The notes under the pieces are model-generated. The model did not search any database. It saw nothing but the letters and a program-made list of their open reading frames with translations, and was not told the DNA's origin. A stretch of DNA of 64,000 nucleotides from contig NC_043001.1 in the NCBI RefSeq assembly GCF_006345805.1, positions 102,362,001 to 102,426,000 of the forward strand, written 5' to 3'. The position numbers and the translations under genes were made by a program. Shown here in pieces: positions 1 to 13,800 of this stretch; position 1 is the stretch's first letter; the number at the start of each line of letters is the position of its first letter. This stretch comes from Octopus sinensis (lineage: Eukaryota).

Positions 1-1371
1 AAGGTGCCGTACAGTACGACTGAACCTGGAACCAAGTGGTTGGAAAGCAAGCTTCTTACCACACAGCCATGTCTGCATCTATAACCATGCCTGTGCCTAC
101 AGTTTGACCAAATAATTCACTTAGTAATTATTGATATGTCACTGTTTTCAAAAACGGTCAATACTGAAGATTTATTTGTTTCGAATTCTTTATTCACAGT
201 TTTACTGCATATTGTTTCAACCGTGTTATCTAAACTTATATTCATCACAATAAATATGTAAGCAGGAGATATTTCTGTTTTTGTGTATTTTAGGACTGGC
301 CACCAAGATTTTGCATCACCATCCAATAAAACTCTCATGTAATAAGCTTGCCAGATAAATGATCCTATATTTATAAATATTTATATATGATCTGTGTGTG
401 TGTGTGTGAGAGAAAGAGGGAAAGAGAAAGGGTATGTGTGTGTGTGTGCGTGTTTATTCATACATAATTTTTATCCTGCAACAGCAGAACAATGCATTGA
501 TAGCAAGGAATCATTCACACAGATCTGTGCAAATGATTCGTTGCCAAAACCAATATAGAACCATATGAACTAGAAAAATAGGAGGTAATACTAAAATAAC
601 ACTGGAAATAATAAGCAAAATACTAGAATAATAGGCAATTCAGAAACCCCAGCAGAAAATAAAGGCCTTACATATTATATAAAAGACAAATATTTGATTG
701 CCTGTAGACACCTAAAAGATAATCATTATTTCTTAAATCATTTTTATCTGTTAGCAACACATAATTAATAGGAACAATGGAAAAATTAAATTTTCATTAT
801 TTTGGAGAGAAAAGTCAAAATCAGTGGGATCAGCTGGATAATTGCAAGTCTAATTTTTAAAATTTTCTTCCATAAAATTAAATTTTACACTTATCTTCAG
901 AAATAAAAGTAACTGAAACAATTTTATTTTGATTATATATTTGAGATCGATGAATGAGAGAATTTTCAAGATTTTCAAATTTCTGTCTCAAAATTTGGAA
1001 GAATAGGGTGGCTTAGCTAAAATAAAACAAACAAGTTGTTCGTCAACACAAGCTTAAACTGTTCGGTTTTAGAACCCTAACTTTAAACATCTACCTTAAA
1101 CAAAGTGAGAATCTTTGCAAAGATGACTGGTTGATTGGAAATAGAGAACAAATCCTTAGATTGGATCACACCCTACTATCTTCACCAGAAAAAAAAAAGA
1201 ACAAATAGTCACAGATGGAATATCTTTGATCATAGGTTTGTTTGATGAGAGCTGATCCAGGCCTAGATAACAAGACCTGTTATATTCACATCAAAATAGG
1301 ACACATTTTCTGGCTGTTTCTTACCTAATTTTGATTTACAATTAACTTTACACCCAGCCCTCGGCATTTAA

Positions 1372-1581
1372 CCCTTTAGTATTTAAACTGGCCATATCCG
1401 GTCAAAATAGTTCATCTGCTTTATGTTCAAACTGACCAGATCCAGGCTCTCACACCTACCCTACAATGTTATTCTACATTAAGTAATTGCACCATCAAGA
1501 TCTTGAAGATATGAGATAATGCATGATTAATTCAAATCAATGGGAATCAATAGGTATTATGTTTGATAGAACACTAAAGGG
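1372..1581. mobile_element. piggyBac-type MITE (210 bp)
   Basis: Inverted termini CCCTTTAGT (1372-1380) / ACTAAAGGG (1573-1581), each flanked by TTAA (1368-1371, 1582-1585); no coding capacity. Confidence 0.75.
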
Positions 1582-1787
1582 TTAAACATTTGAATTTCAT
1601 CTCTATCATTTCTGTGTGTGTTAGATGGAATAGCAATTCTCTCTCTCTCTCTCTCTCTTTCTCGGTCTGCATGTGTGTGTGTAGTCCACAAGATCTGTCT
1701 GTTTCATTTTAGTGCACCCCAGACATTGAAAAATTCTAAGGATATAAAAATTGTATATATCTTGAGACCTGCCTCTGTATGGATATA

Positions 1788-2918
1788 TGAGATGGTATCA
1801 AAAAGTTCCCAGACTAGTTATGTTTAATAAAAAATAACTTATCTACCTAAGTCTTAACATTATCTCCTTTGAAATAGTCGCCCTGCATGGCTATACACTC
1901 GGCCCAGCATTGCTACCACTTTTGGAATCCAGCCTGGAAGTCGAGTGAAGGACCTTCTGTGATTTGCTCTTGATCTCAACCACAGTGTTACAATGACAAC
2001 CTTTGAGCTGCCTTTTCATTTTGGGGAAGAGATGGAAGTCCACAGGTGCTAAATCTGGTGAATGGGGAAGGTGGGGAAGTGATACCATGTTGTGTTTAGC
2101 AAGACACTCATGAGTGAGGAGAGCTTGGTGACAGGGTGCAGAAGAAGCCAATTGTTAGGGCTCCACAAATCCGGTCACTTTCGCCGAATGTCCTCCCTCT
2201 TCAAAATGTCACAGTGGAACTCTTGATTGATGGCCTGGCCCTGGGGGGTGGGGGTGAATTCTTGATGCACAATACTGTGGATGCCGAAATAAACAATGAG
2301 CATGCTCTTGGTTGAGCTGCGGCTCTGTCATGCATTCTTCATTTATGGAGATGAAGGGCTCTTCCATTGTGATGACTGCTGCTTCATCTCAGGGTCATAC
2401 CTATAGACTTAACCCCTGTCACTGGTGATGATCCTTCACATAAAGACAGATGGATCATCAGCAGTACACTGATGGAGATCACGACAGACTTCAATGAGAT
2501 ATTTTTTCTGCTCAGCGGTCAGCAGGTGAGGGACAAACATGGCAGAGACATGCCACACGTTCACTTCAGATGTTAGGATTGCCCACACAGACCAACATCA
2601 TCACCAATGACACTGATTGTCCTCTGATGATTCTCATGCACAAGCTGATGAATTTTCTCCACATTGCCGAGGGTGATGCTCATGGCAGATCTTCCAGGTT
2701 GCTCATCGTCTTCTAGGGAGGGATGTTCTGCTTTTCAAGAGCTTGTGCCGCACAGACATGATCACATAAACACAAATTTTACAACTTGCGAATTAAACAC
2801 GTCACTCAGCACACTTCCTCATGAAGATCACTGCTAGCTCTCACTGAGCACACAACCATGTGCTGCCATCTGTTGGTGCACTACAGAACTAGTCTGAAAA
2901 TTTTTTGATACCACCTGT
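1788..2918 (-). mobile_element. Decayed mariner (Tc1/mariner) transposon with both TIRs
   Basis: Minus-strand translation gives transposase pieces IITSD..VYRYDPEMKQQSSQWKSPSS and LPHLPHSPDLAPVDFHLFPKMKRQLKG (ORF 1891-2151), with stops. Imperfect ~32-bp TIRs (tggtatcaaaaa..cagactagtt) at 1788-1819 and 2887-2918, flanked by TA. Confidence 0.85.
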
Positions 2919-3599
2919 TAGATAAATATATATCTTTTGAATTCGAATTTTGACACAAGGCCAGCAACTTTGGGGGAGAGGATAAGTCTCAACTGGTACA
3001 TATTTTAATGACTCTGAAAGGATGAGAGGCAAAGCCAACCTAGGCAGAATTTGAGCTCAGAAAGCGAAGACAGATGAAATGCCACTAAGCATTTTTGCCA
3101 GTGTGCTAATGGTTTCTGCCAGCTCACCACCTCACACACACACACATAAACAAGTGATGCAAGTTGTATACATCAATAGATGTATATTAATAGGCATGTA
3201 CAACAAGTACTTAGATCAGTTTACCACAAAAACTCCAGCTTGAAGTACAAATGGGAATCATCATCATCATCGTTTAACATCCGCTTTCCATGCTGGCATG
3301 GGTTGGATGGTCTGACTGGGAACTGGCAAGCCAGTAGGCTGCACCAGGCTCCAATCTGATCTGGCAAGATTTCTACAGGTAGATGCTCTTCCTAACACCA
3401 ACCACTTTGAGAGTGGAGTGGGTGCTTTTTATGTGCCACCAGCATGAGGACCAGTCAGGTGGTACTGGCATCGACCACTCTTGATTGGTGCTTTTTACAT
3501 ACCACTGGAAGGAGGTGTTGAAATTGCCAGGCAAATTCATAATACCTTAACATGATCCACTTGCTCAGGTATTCTAGAAACAGCTGTAAGGGACTTTAT

Positions 3600-4050
3600 T
3601 TTATCTACCATAACTATTCCATACTTTATTTGTACTCTTTTTTATTATGAAGTAAATATCCTTGAGTAACACCAAATGCTTCACTTGTCCATCTTCCATT
3701 TTTGATCTCTATATATTACAAACATATATGATAAGGTAAAACTAGCAGAAAACTCACTCTGGAAACATACGGTCTTTTAGAACATATAATCACCAGCCTC
3801 TCAACTTCATTAAATGCAAAATTATTGCTGTCCTTGATCTCAGCAAATCCTTCAACCATCCCAACACTTAGATTGGTAAGTTACGTTTCAGATAGTTGTA
3901 TTGCAGTATAGGCTGCCGGGGATCTGTTTGAGCCAGGTTCAATCAACTCCAGAGCAAATCAAAACTCCTCTTGTATATTCTTCTTTCTGCACAGGGAAAA
4001 CCTTTCAATCACAAAAACTGCTACAAACATCAATATCATAGGCATAGGAG
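3600..4050 (+). mobile_element. Highly decayed LINE reverse-transcriptase fragment (tentative)
   Basis: Plus frame reads KCKIIAVLDLSKSFN (~3810-3855), resembling the RT motif LDLSKAFD; multiple stops around it. Confidence 0.35.
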
Positions 4051-4520
4051 TGAGTGGAAAGAGAGGAGGTTATGACACTGGCATTGCAACCACATGGTTC
4101 AAAGTTGATCTGCTGTAGGGTACTAGGGAACAAATACATTCTACCTTAGTCTCAGATAAACCAAAGGCTTGGAAGTGGAAATCTGATGCACAAAAATTGC
4201 AGGTGTGTGTTAGTGTGTGCGTGTATGCATGCATGTGTTAGTGTGAGAATATATTTGTAGATGTCAATGTGTGTGAGTGTATTCACTCACAAACATATAA
4301 GAGAGAAAGAAAGAGAAATGTTGAAACATCAAAACTCCGTAAGACCCAGAAACACCAATGACAATGCATTTCAGAGCAGCAGTGAGATGTATCCTGGAAC
4401 TGTCCATCCCATGCAAGCACAGAGAAACAGATGTAAAATGAATGAATGAAGCACGCGCACACTATCATCATCATCATCATCGTTTAACGTCCGTTCTCCA
4501 TGCTAGCATGGGTTGGACCA

Positions 4521-4970
<450 letters not shown>

Positions 4971-4984
4971 ATTTTGGTGTCGCT

Positions 4985-5390
4985 GTGTGGTAAGAAGTTT
5001 GCTTCCCAACCACATGGTTTCAAGTTTAGTCTCATTATGTGGCACTTAGAGTGAGTGAATTCTGTCATAGCTTTGGGCCAACCAAAACTTTAGAGATGGA
5101 AACTCAAAGAATCCCATCATGAGTGTGTGTGTGCATGCACACACACGCACACACATATACATACATACATATATGTGTGTGTGTGTGTCTGTCCCCCACC
5201 ACTGCTTGACAACAGATGTTGGTGTGTTTAGTCCCCATAACTTAGCAGTTCAGCAAATAAGACCAATAGGATAAGTACCAGGCTTTAAAAAGACAAAAAA
5301 AAAGTACTGGGGTTGATTCATTCTACTCCAAATGCTTTAAAGTGGTGCCCCAGCATGACCACAGTTTATTGACTCAAACAAGTAAAAGAT
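4985..5390 (+). mobile_element. tRNA-derived SINE (abundant family with internal CA/TG tract)
   Basis: Head gtggtaagaagtttgcttcccaaccacatggtttcaagttt with related body and tail; related copies at ~10050-10410, 11030-11250(-), 21140-21470(-), 31400-31660(-), 52070-52430, 56410-56690 and 1-90(-). Confidence 0.7.
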
Positions 5391-8300
5391 AAAATGTGTG
5401 CGTGTGTGTATGTGAGTACATGTGTCTGTATCCACACTGACAAGTGTGCGTTTTGTATGGTTATCAAAAGGAAATAAACTTGAAAGAAGAATCCCAAAAG
5501 CTGCTGCTTTGAACAGGTTTTAAAACTGATGTTGCTATGAATAAATAACCAAAGAATTCAAGAGGTAAAAAAAGAGTTGAGTTTCAAGCAATGTTGAGTG
5601 GTCAAACTTTTATAGATTTTATATCATTCAACATGATTAATCACTCGTGCATGAGAAAGAAGAGTACCTGATGAATGAATGAAAAAAGAAAAAAACACAA
5701 AAAAACTAAGTAACAAAACACATCACCGGGGATTGAAACTGGTGTATTGTACTTATTGACAAAATGAAATTACCTGCTGCAGCATTTGTTAGATTGAAAA
5801 TTTGGTCAGCTATGCTTCCTTAATTTGCTTCTTCTGGTGAAGGCAGAGAAGTTAATCATAAATAGCTGCAAGTGAAGCTGTTCTCCATACTATTTGTTAA
5901 CACAATAACATTCATTTAGTAAATAAACTTGTTAGAAGGGGAGGTCAGTGGATGTGAATGCTGTGGTCAGTGAGGCAGAGGAAAACTAAAATGGGCAACT
6001 GAATTCTTTCAAACCTTGATTCTTTCATCTCCAAAGACTTGTCAATGTGATTAAGTTGGAATATATGGCTGATCAAATTTGGGAGGAGGTGTCATTATTT
6101 CAGGTTAACAATGAAGTAAATGTCTAACTACATTTGGAAATAGACTTAGTCCAAGTCAATGCTTTGTACAAAGTATGGTGAAGCAATATTGTATGGAAGG
6201 GTTGGATAAAGAAGTCAGTGCAAAACAGGTTGAAACAAATTGGTTATTACAATAGAACGGTTGAGTGTAACAGTAGCAGAATACTCAAAGTTTGACTGCA
6301 AGTGGGAATATTGATCGAAGACACCAGTGAAAAGAAAAATAGGTTTTAAAAATGTTTTTCTAAATAATTTGTGCGAAATTTATGAGAAAATCCAACAAGA
6401 GATATTACTACACAAGAATATCATAAACTACAGAAAATTATTTCGACAGACACAAACACAAAATTATTAACAGCCTCATTGCAATAGAAATTATAAAGAA
6501 AATTAAAAGAAAAAAAAATTACATAAAAGAAAACAGTTATAAAAAAGTAAATGAGAATTATTGATACATTAAAATCCATGATTATAAAGATATAAAAAAA
6601 AATGCTCTCCTACTATTTGATGTAACATTACAAATAAAATGTCTAACTATAAACTGACAAGAACTTTAAAAGAGGATATGGGAAGAGGAGAAGGAGAAAG
6701 AAAGCTATGGAGAAGTGTATAGTTTGTATGTTATGTAAAGTCTTGTATGATGAGGTGGAATTAACTGTTGGAGCATAGAGCATAAGAATACTAATAAAGA
6801 TTTATCCAATTGTCTTTTTGAATATTGCATACACGAAGAAGAGACCATCTAGTTAGGGAGATATTTAATCAATCATAAAACCGTCATCTATCTCTCTAGT
6901 CATCCATTCTTTAATTTGTTCATCTGCCTCACCAAGTGTACGGACAACAAATCCCCAGAAGCAATAAATACTGATGACATCTGTGAAAGATGCCTTCAGA
7001 GTAAAGAAACCATCAACTGGAGAAAATTTTATCCACTGGAGAGGAATGGGATAAAGGGTAGGTAGAATGGCTTGGGTTGGTCTTGAAGGGAAAGAAAATA
7101 AGTGAAACAGGGATGGGAAGAGAGGAAGAGAAGAAATGGAAAGGTGCTCAAAGGAAATTACTGAAATGCAACCAGCCACAGAAAATACACGGAATCTAGA
7201 AGAAACAGCAAGGTAGTAACATATTATTATAAGATATAAGCACGGGAGTAAATAAAAAATAAGGTTATATATTAAATAGGCTATGGGCTATTCAATAGCA
7301 AATAGAAAATATATGTATGGTGGCAAGAAGCTATTGCATTTTCAGTAAAATAGCATTGTGTAGACAGAATAAGAAAAAGGGGGGGAAAATGAGAATAAAC
7401 TTAGGAGAGGTTGCATATGTAGGAAAATAGATTTACCATTTTATGGGGAGAAACCAGTACAAATTACTCATCGAATAAAGAATACTAGCCATTAATGGAA
7501 ACTAATGTTTAAAAGCATTACAATCTATTTGATTTCGTATTGTTATCATTTTTCTTCATCTTGCTCATCAGTTTTGCTTTTGTAAAATAATACAGAAGAG
7601 AGTATGAAAGAATTAGATTTCATTAAGGATTCAATTATAGGTTGTTGCTTATTTATTTATTTTTTTATATATAATTTTATTTCAGCTTTTGGAACAAGAG
7701 TATTTGAGTAGAATTAAAAGAAAATATGAAGGGTCCATAGTGTAGTTAGCAGTGAAGATTACAATTCAGATAACTAATTGAAACTATACATGTTAATGGT
7801 AGCAGTGACAGCTCTGATTTTAAAAATTAAACCTGGAAACCGGTATATTTAAACATCAGTGATAAATTTTAATACACACCTGTGCCTTGATTAGTTTAAG
7901 GGATTTTTGAGAAATGGAGGAAACACTTTTAAGAAGGTATTAATATTATTGCAAAGAGAACTGGCAGAATTACTGTAAACACAGAAAACATTGTTTCAGA
8001 GGAGAACAGAGTAAAATTTTTAAAGCCATCAATGAATTACATTTCAGAATACTTTTACAAATCAAGTAAATTTCTGTAATGAATTACTTAAAAACCAAAA
8101 AAAAATGGAAGTAATCTGTCAAAATATCAGTTTTTTTAAACGAATCCACCCCCTTCCCTGCACAGATTTTACTACTACTACTACAACAACAACGCCGCCG
8201 CCACCGCTACTGCCACCACCACCACCACCACCACCAACAAGCATTCAAATGCTTTAAAAATTGTGCACTCATTTGCGGATGTGTGTATGCTGAACAAATA

Positions 8301-9120
8301 TTAACAATGAGGGATGCCTCAATCTGGTTGCTCCACATGCTGGAAATAACAGCCAAATCTCTGAAAATTTTTTTTTTATTTTACAAAATTTCAGTTTTTC
8401 TAAATCTGGTTTTCAGAATAATGACACGTACTCCACAGAAACGAGGAATGCATCAACACTTGTTACCCATCTCCATCAACCAAATGCCAGCAAACAATTA
8501 GGTAAAAATTTTACTTGTCCTTTCATTAACGAGATGGTGGATTAGAATTTTCATTAATTGAATTCTGCTTCTCTTTGCAATGGTACAGAATGAGTTTCAA
8601 ATCATTTAAAAAATTTTTTGAAACATGGCCATTTGTCTGCAATTTTATTCGATCCTCACAGACCCAGCTAAGGGGAGAAGGGGACTGTGCAACTGCACAA
8701 CCATTCTCTCTAGCATGTGGTGCAACCACATTATGTCAGCTGGTTTCACATGCAACTACACAGGTAAAAACATCTTGATGGTTGGTATAGAAGTAGAACA
8801 GAGTAGAGGTATTCACCAAGAGTGAGAAAAGTGAAGTTTTTCAAAAAATTGGATTGAGGGAACGGAGATTCATTTTTCTTAAATCCCAAATTGTAATCTG
8901 TATTTTTTTCATGTGAAAATTCATCCCTCAAGAATTTTTTTTTTAAATTTGTTTATAATTGAATAATGGGAAGCGGATTTGTGGGGCAAAATTGTTATCT
9001 CTAATGCTGAAAACAGAAATTTGAAAACATTTTTAAAGAATACAAAAGGTGGAAGTGTATGCAACACAGCTGCCTCTATATGCTTATGAATGCATACAGG
9101 AGACTGAGTGTGTATATAGG

Positions 9121-9350
9121 GAAGGTGCATGACCTAGTGGTTAGGGTGTGTCACTCTGGATTGCTAGATTGTGGGTTTGATTCCTGGACTGAGCATCACA
9201 TTGTGTTCTTAAGAGAGACATTTTATTTCACGTTGCTGCAGTTCAGTCAGCTATAAATGGGTAATGCTATGATGGAACAGCCTACCGGTCACCAAGCTAG
9301 CAGGATGGCAGCATTCAAAGGCTAAAACAATGCAAAGTATCATGTATAAC
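9121..9350 (+). mobile_element. tRNA-derived SINE (second family)
   Basis: tRNA-like head gaaggtgcatgacctagtggttagggtg...gtgggtttgattcctgg followed by tgtgttcttaagagagacattttatttcacgttgc; related copies at 13767-14070(+), 29480-29771(-) and 32420-32596(-). Confidence 0.65.
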
Positions 9351-9426
9351 AACATGATACACACACACATACATGCACACATATGCATACATACACATCA
9401 TCATCATCATCTAACGTCTGCTTTCC

Positions 9427-9568
9427 ATGCTAGCATGGGTTGGACGTTTTTGACTGAGGGCTGGCAAACCAGATGGCCGCACCAGGCTCCAATCTTGATC
9501 TGGCAAAGCCTGGTGCGGCCGTCTGGTTCCCCAGCCCTCAGTCAAAATCGTCCAACCCATGCTAGCAT
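9427..9568. repeat. Foldback made of two inverted RTE 3'-end fragments
   Basis: Arms 9427-9488 and 9507-9568 are reverse complements (62 bp, 4 mismatches) with an 18-nt spacer; the sequence matches the 3' end of the LINE near 33865-33930. Confidence 0.9.
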
Positions 9569-10549
9569 ACATACACATACAAATGTATATGTACAAATGT
9601 ATCTGCCTATAGTTTGTGAGGTTGAGAGTTTTGAGGTTCAGTTATGACACGTCTAACACAGCCCCAGGCTGACTCTTCAGTGGAAACTGAGAGAAGCCTC
9701 TCGTGTATGCATGTGCATATCTGTGAGAATCTTTGAGAGGTAAGTGGCATCATTGCTTATATCCCCCCCACCACCACTGTCAACAAACTCCTCTGTTGGT
9801 TTAGTGCCTGTGTGGAATAAGGACCGGTAAGGTTAAGCATTCAGGACATTATCTGGTCAAAGACAATGCTTCAGTTATATACTTGTCTAAACCACACTGG
9901 CATGGAATAACAAATATAAAAAGCAAACAAACTAAATACATATAGATGTGTGTGTCTGTGTGTCTGAACTTACGTTTACATAGCTCTAAAAACCTGGTAC
10001 TGATTATATCAGTAAGTTAGCAGTCTGACAAATGAAGATCAATAAAATAAGCACCAAGCCAAAACAAGTATAGGTGTTGATGCAAGGAGTTTCTTCCCAA
10101 CCTCATGGTTCCAGGTTCAATCTCACAGCATAGCACACTGTCTTCTACTACAGCCCCAGGCCAACCAAACAAAGCCTTGTGAATGGATTTGGTAGCCAGA
10201 AACTGAAAGGAGCCTGTTGAATACATGTGTGTGTGTGTGTGTCTTTGTATTGCCTTTGTCCCATACTATTGTTTCATAACTGTTGTGGGTTTGTTTATGT
10301 CAGCGCAGGGTTTTCGCAAAAAAAAAACAAAAGAACAAGTGCCAAACTTAACAAAAAATAAGTACTGGGGTCAATTTATTCAGTTAAATACTTTGAGGCC
10401 ACAGTCCAATGAGTGAAACAGAGAAAAGATAATAGAAACCTTTCAATGTAATGCCCATACATGGCTGCAGTCCAGAATGTGTGTGTGTGTGTATGTGAGT
10501 AGATGAATAGATAAACATACACACGTACATGTATGTAATAATGTAGTAT

Positions 10550-10581
10550 ATTCGAATATATATATATATATATATATATAC

Positions 10582-10613
<32 letters not shown>

Positions 10614-10752
10614 GTGTGTGTATATATATATATACATATACGTGTGTATATATACATATATGTGTATATATATATAGATATATACATATACGTGTATATA
10701 TATATACATATATACATATACGTGTATATATATATATATATATACATATACG

Positions 10753-10803
<51 letters not shown>

Positions 10804-10805
10804 CA
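10550..10805. repeat. Compound (TA)n/(TG)n microsatellite with tatacatatacgtg subunits
   Basis: Directly visible. Confidence 0.95.
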
Positions 10806-13800
10806 GGAAAACTGAACAAGGAGACAAACTCTTGGGATGTTGTTAAGCCTTATATATCTCGAACTCTTCTACATATAAAGTGATAGTATGTTGTCAACTT
10901 AATGTGACAGTCCCATGAAAAGGAAGAATGCTACTGTTATTTAACCCTATGAAACACTGTTTCCTGTTGGACTTGACACATTTTCTGTGTCCTTATGTTT
11001 GTCTCCATTTTGAAAATTTTAGCCAAATGAATTAATCCCAGTACTTTTTTAAAGCCTGATATTTATTCTATCCATTTCTTTTGTCGAACAACTGAGTTAC
11101 AGATGCATAGACACACCAACATCAGTTGTCAAGCAGTGACACACACAAGGCTTTGGTCAACCTGAGGCTGTAATAGAAGAACTCGCCCAAGACAATCATT
11201 GGGACTGAACCCGGAACCATGTGGTCAGGAAGCAAACTTGTTACCACACAGCGACGCCTGCATCTATAAGTATTTACATTTTCAAAACAACTTTTACATG
11301 GTCTTTGTATATCTGCACAAAAACGCTTTTAGAAAATATATGCACACACATAAGAGAGAGAGAGAAAGAGAGGGAGGAAGAGAGAGAGAGAGGGAACATA
11401 GAAATAATTGTGGAAGCATATCAAGCAATACTGATAATCAATAATGTAGCATATTAAAGTGCAATAAATTATAATAAATTCTTTACTAATATGTTTAATG
11501 GCATTTTTTTTATTGAAGCTGTTCTAATGAAAAAGAAAACAAAATTACATCAAGCCATTATATTTTGTAAATCAATAAAACACAGAAATTAATATTGTTA
11601 TATTCATTAATAGCATTATCAATATTATTATTGTTAAGAGTGGGCAATGAATTGGCAGAAACGATGGAGTACCAGGTTAAATGCTTACAGTATTATTTAA
11701 TCTTGCTTCTATATTCTGAATCCATATTCCATCAGGGTCGACTGATTTAATCCTCTTGAGGTCACTAATGTACACAAGTCATTTCAATTGACTATATTCA
11801 AACTCATACATAACGAAAATGGCTTTGTGCTTTAGTCAAATGAAATGAATATTTTGTTGAAAGGTGAGTTAATAGACATGATACTAAATGCTTTAAACTA
11901 TTCAGATGTGTTCAAGTCCTAGGAGGGTTGACTGCTTTTATTCTATCAGTATGATTACTATAAATAGGTACCAGTAATATACTGTTAACAATCAAATTGA
12001 TCACCTTTTCTAAACTACTTCTGTGTCGAAGAAACATGTCAGTTATTGTCGGTGGTAAAGTGTAACTTTATTTGGAAAATTACTATTTGTAAATCTCACA
12101 GCGAGAGATACTCAGCCACAGTACTTTCGAGTAAAGATTGTTTGCCAACATATTGTTTTGAGCTGAGTGGGGGTGCTAGATTCCCTTGTTAAAAAATGTA
12201 AGGACACTGATTGTATCGTATAGCCAACTGGAGATGATGTCTCCTAGGGCTAAATTACTGCAACATTCATCCTAAACCTGTAACTTTATTGTTGTCATTA
12301 TAGTTGTAGTGAAAGACAAACTGTTGCATTTGCATTTAATTTATTTTAATTCAATTCCCTAAATTTTTTTTTTGCATTTTAACAAGAAACAATTGTGAAT
12401 TGAAAGACCATGTTTTAGATTTTTTTATTTCAATAACCCTGAAGTTTACAATCCTAATCCTTTCGCAATTGTTTTTCTATCTGTTACAGTGACAAGTGGC
12501 TTAGTTTCAAATCCCATTCGAAGCCAATTCATTTCCCGACCCAAACAAACTGCTGTTGTTGTTTAGCCCTAGTTAGCTCTGACTGAACTGCCCCTTGATC
12601 AAATCTACTCGAGCTGTGACCATCTGGTCTTTTTAGAAGCAGGACTACACTACCTTCCTTTACTTAAGGCTTGATGGCAAAGAATTTAATTGTATCTTCA
12701 GTAGGTCAAGTACCCACATAAAAATCTTCATTGGATCCTCATAAATTGGTTTAAAAGGTGATTATCACTGGTGCTGGTGCCACATAAAAAGCACCCAGTA
12801 CACTCTTAGCAATAGGGATTGGCAATAAGGACATCCAACTGTAGAAAGCTTGCCAAAATGGACAATGGAACCTGGCATGGCCCCTGCCCTTACCATCTGC
12901 TGTCAAACTATCCAACCTATGCCAGCATGGAAAATGGATGTTGAATGATGATGATGATATCACTAGAATGTGGGTCTTTGCATTTCTTGGTCTAACATTT
13001 TACATTCAGAACAATAACATATGTTAATTTCCTACCTGATCTTTGGTTAACAGCAGTTAGGTTTAGGTTTGACAGAAAGTAATGAAATCTTTTTTTTCTG
13101 CCATAATATGAAAATATTGCAAGCCAGGAATTAGTTAGGAAGATTGATATCATTATTTGCAATACCTTGATATTCTGATAGAAAAAAAAAATGATTTCAT
13201 CTTATGGGACTTAATTACCATGAATGGAAGATGTAGTAAGAAAATAACCAAGAAAGTGAGACAGACAAATACAAAGACACTGTTTTTAGTGGCACACTAA
13301 CAATAATAATGATGAGGATTTTTAAGATTTGGCCACAAACATGTAATTAATTTCAAGAACGTGACTGATATATATTTTATAGGATTGAGGAATATAAAAT
13401 TAATGTTGATCCTGGTGGGATTTGAACTCAGAACATAGACGGATGAAACTACATTATCTCAAGAGATTCTGTCTGATGTTCAGTCAGTTATGCCACCCAC
13501 TTCCCAAATGGCACACAAACTCATTTTGGTGAGCTGGAAGAATCTTTAGCAAATCTTACAAAATGCTTAACAACATTTCTTCTTTCAAGCAATGGGGTCA
13601 ACATAATTGACTAAACCTCACCCCACTAAAAGGGCTAACCTGGTGCCAAAATTTGAAACAATTACTATGACGACGACGATGATGACAATGATGATGATGA
13701 TGGTCGTTGTCGTCATACAAGTCCTCCTTATCTTGCACCTTTTCCGTCTCTCCAAGAATGACATGTGAAGGCACATAGCTTAGTGGTTAGCAATATTTGG

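Noticed and set aside
3545-4023. Apparent minus-strand pseudo-exons with good-looking splice sites (VFVIERFSL...KRPYVSR)
   Set aside because: Two in-frame stops, no recognisable family, and the plus strand carries an RT-like LDLSKSFN motif, so this is more likely antisense to a decayed LINE.
5880-7560. Purine-rich region suggestive of a decayed L1/Tx1-like LINE
   Set aside because: Only scattered motif-like words in inconsistent order; could not be supported by eye.
8526-8825. Cluster of short ORFs on both strands
   Set aside because: No recognisable motif and no convincing pair of splice sites.
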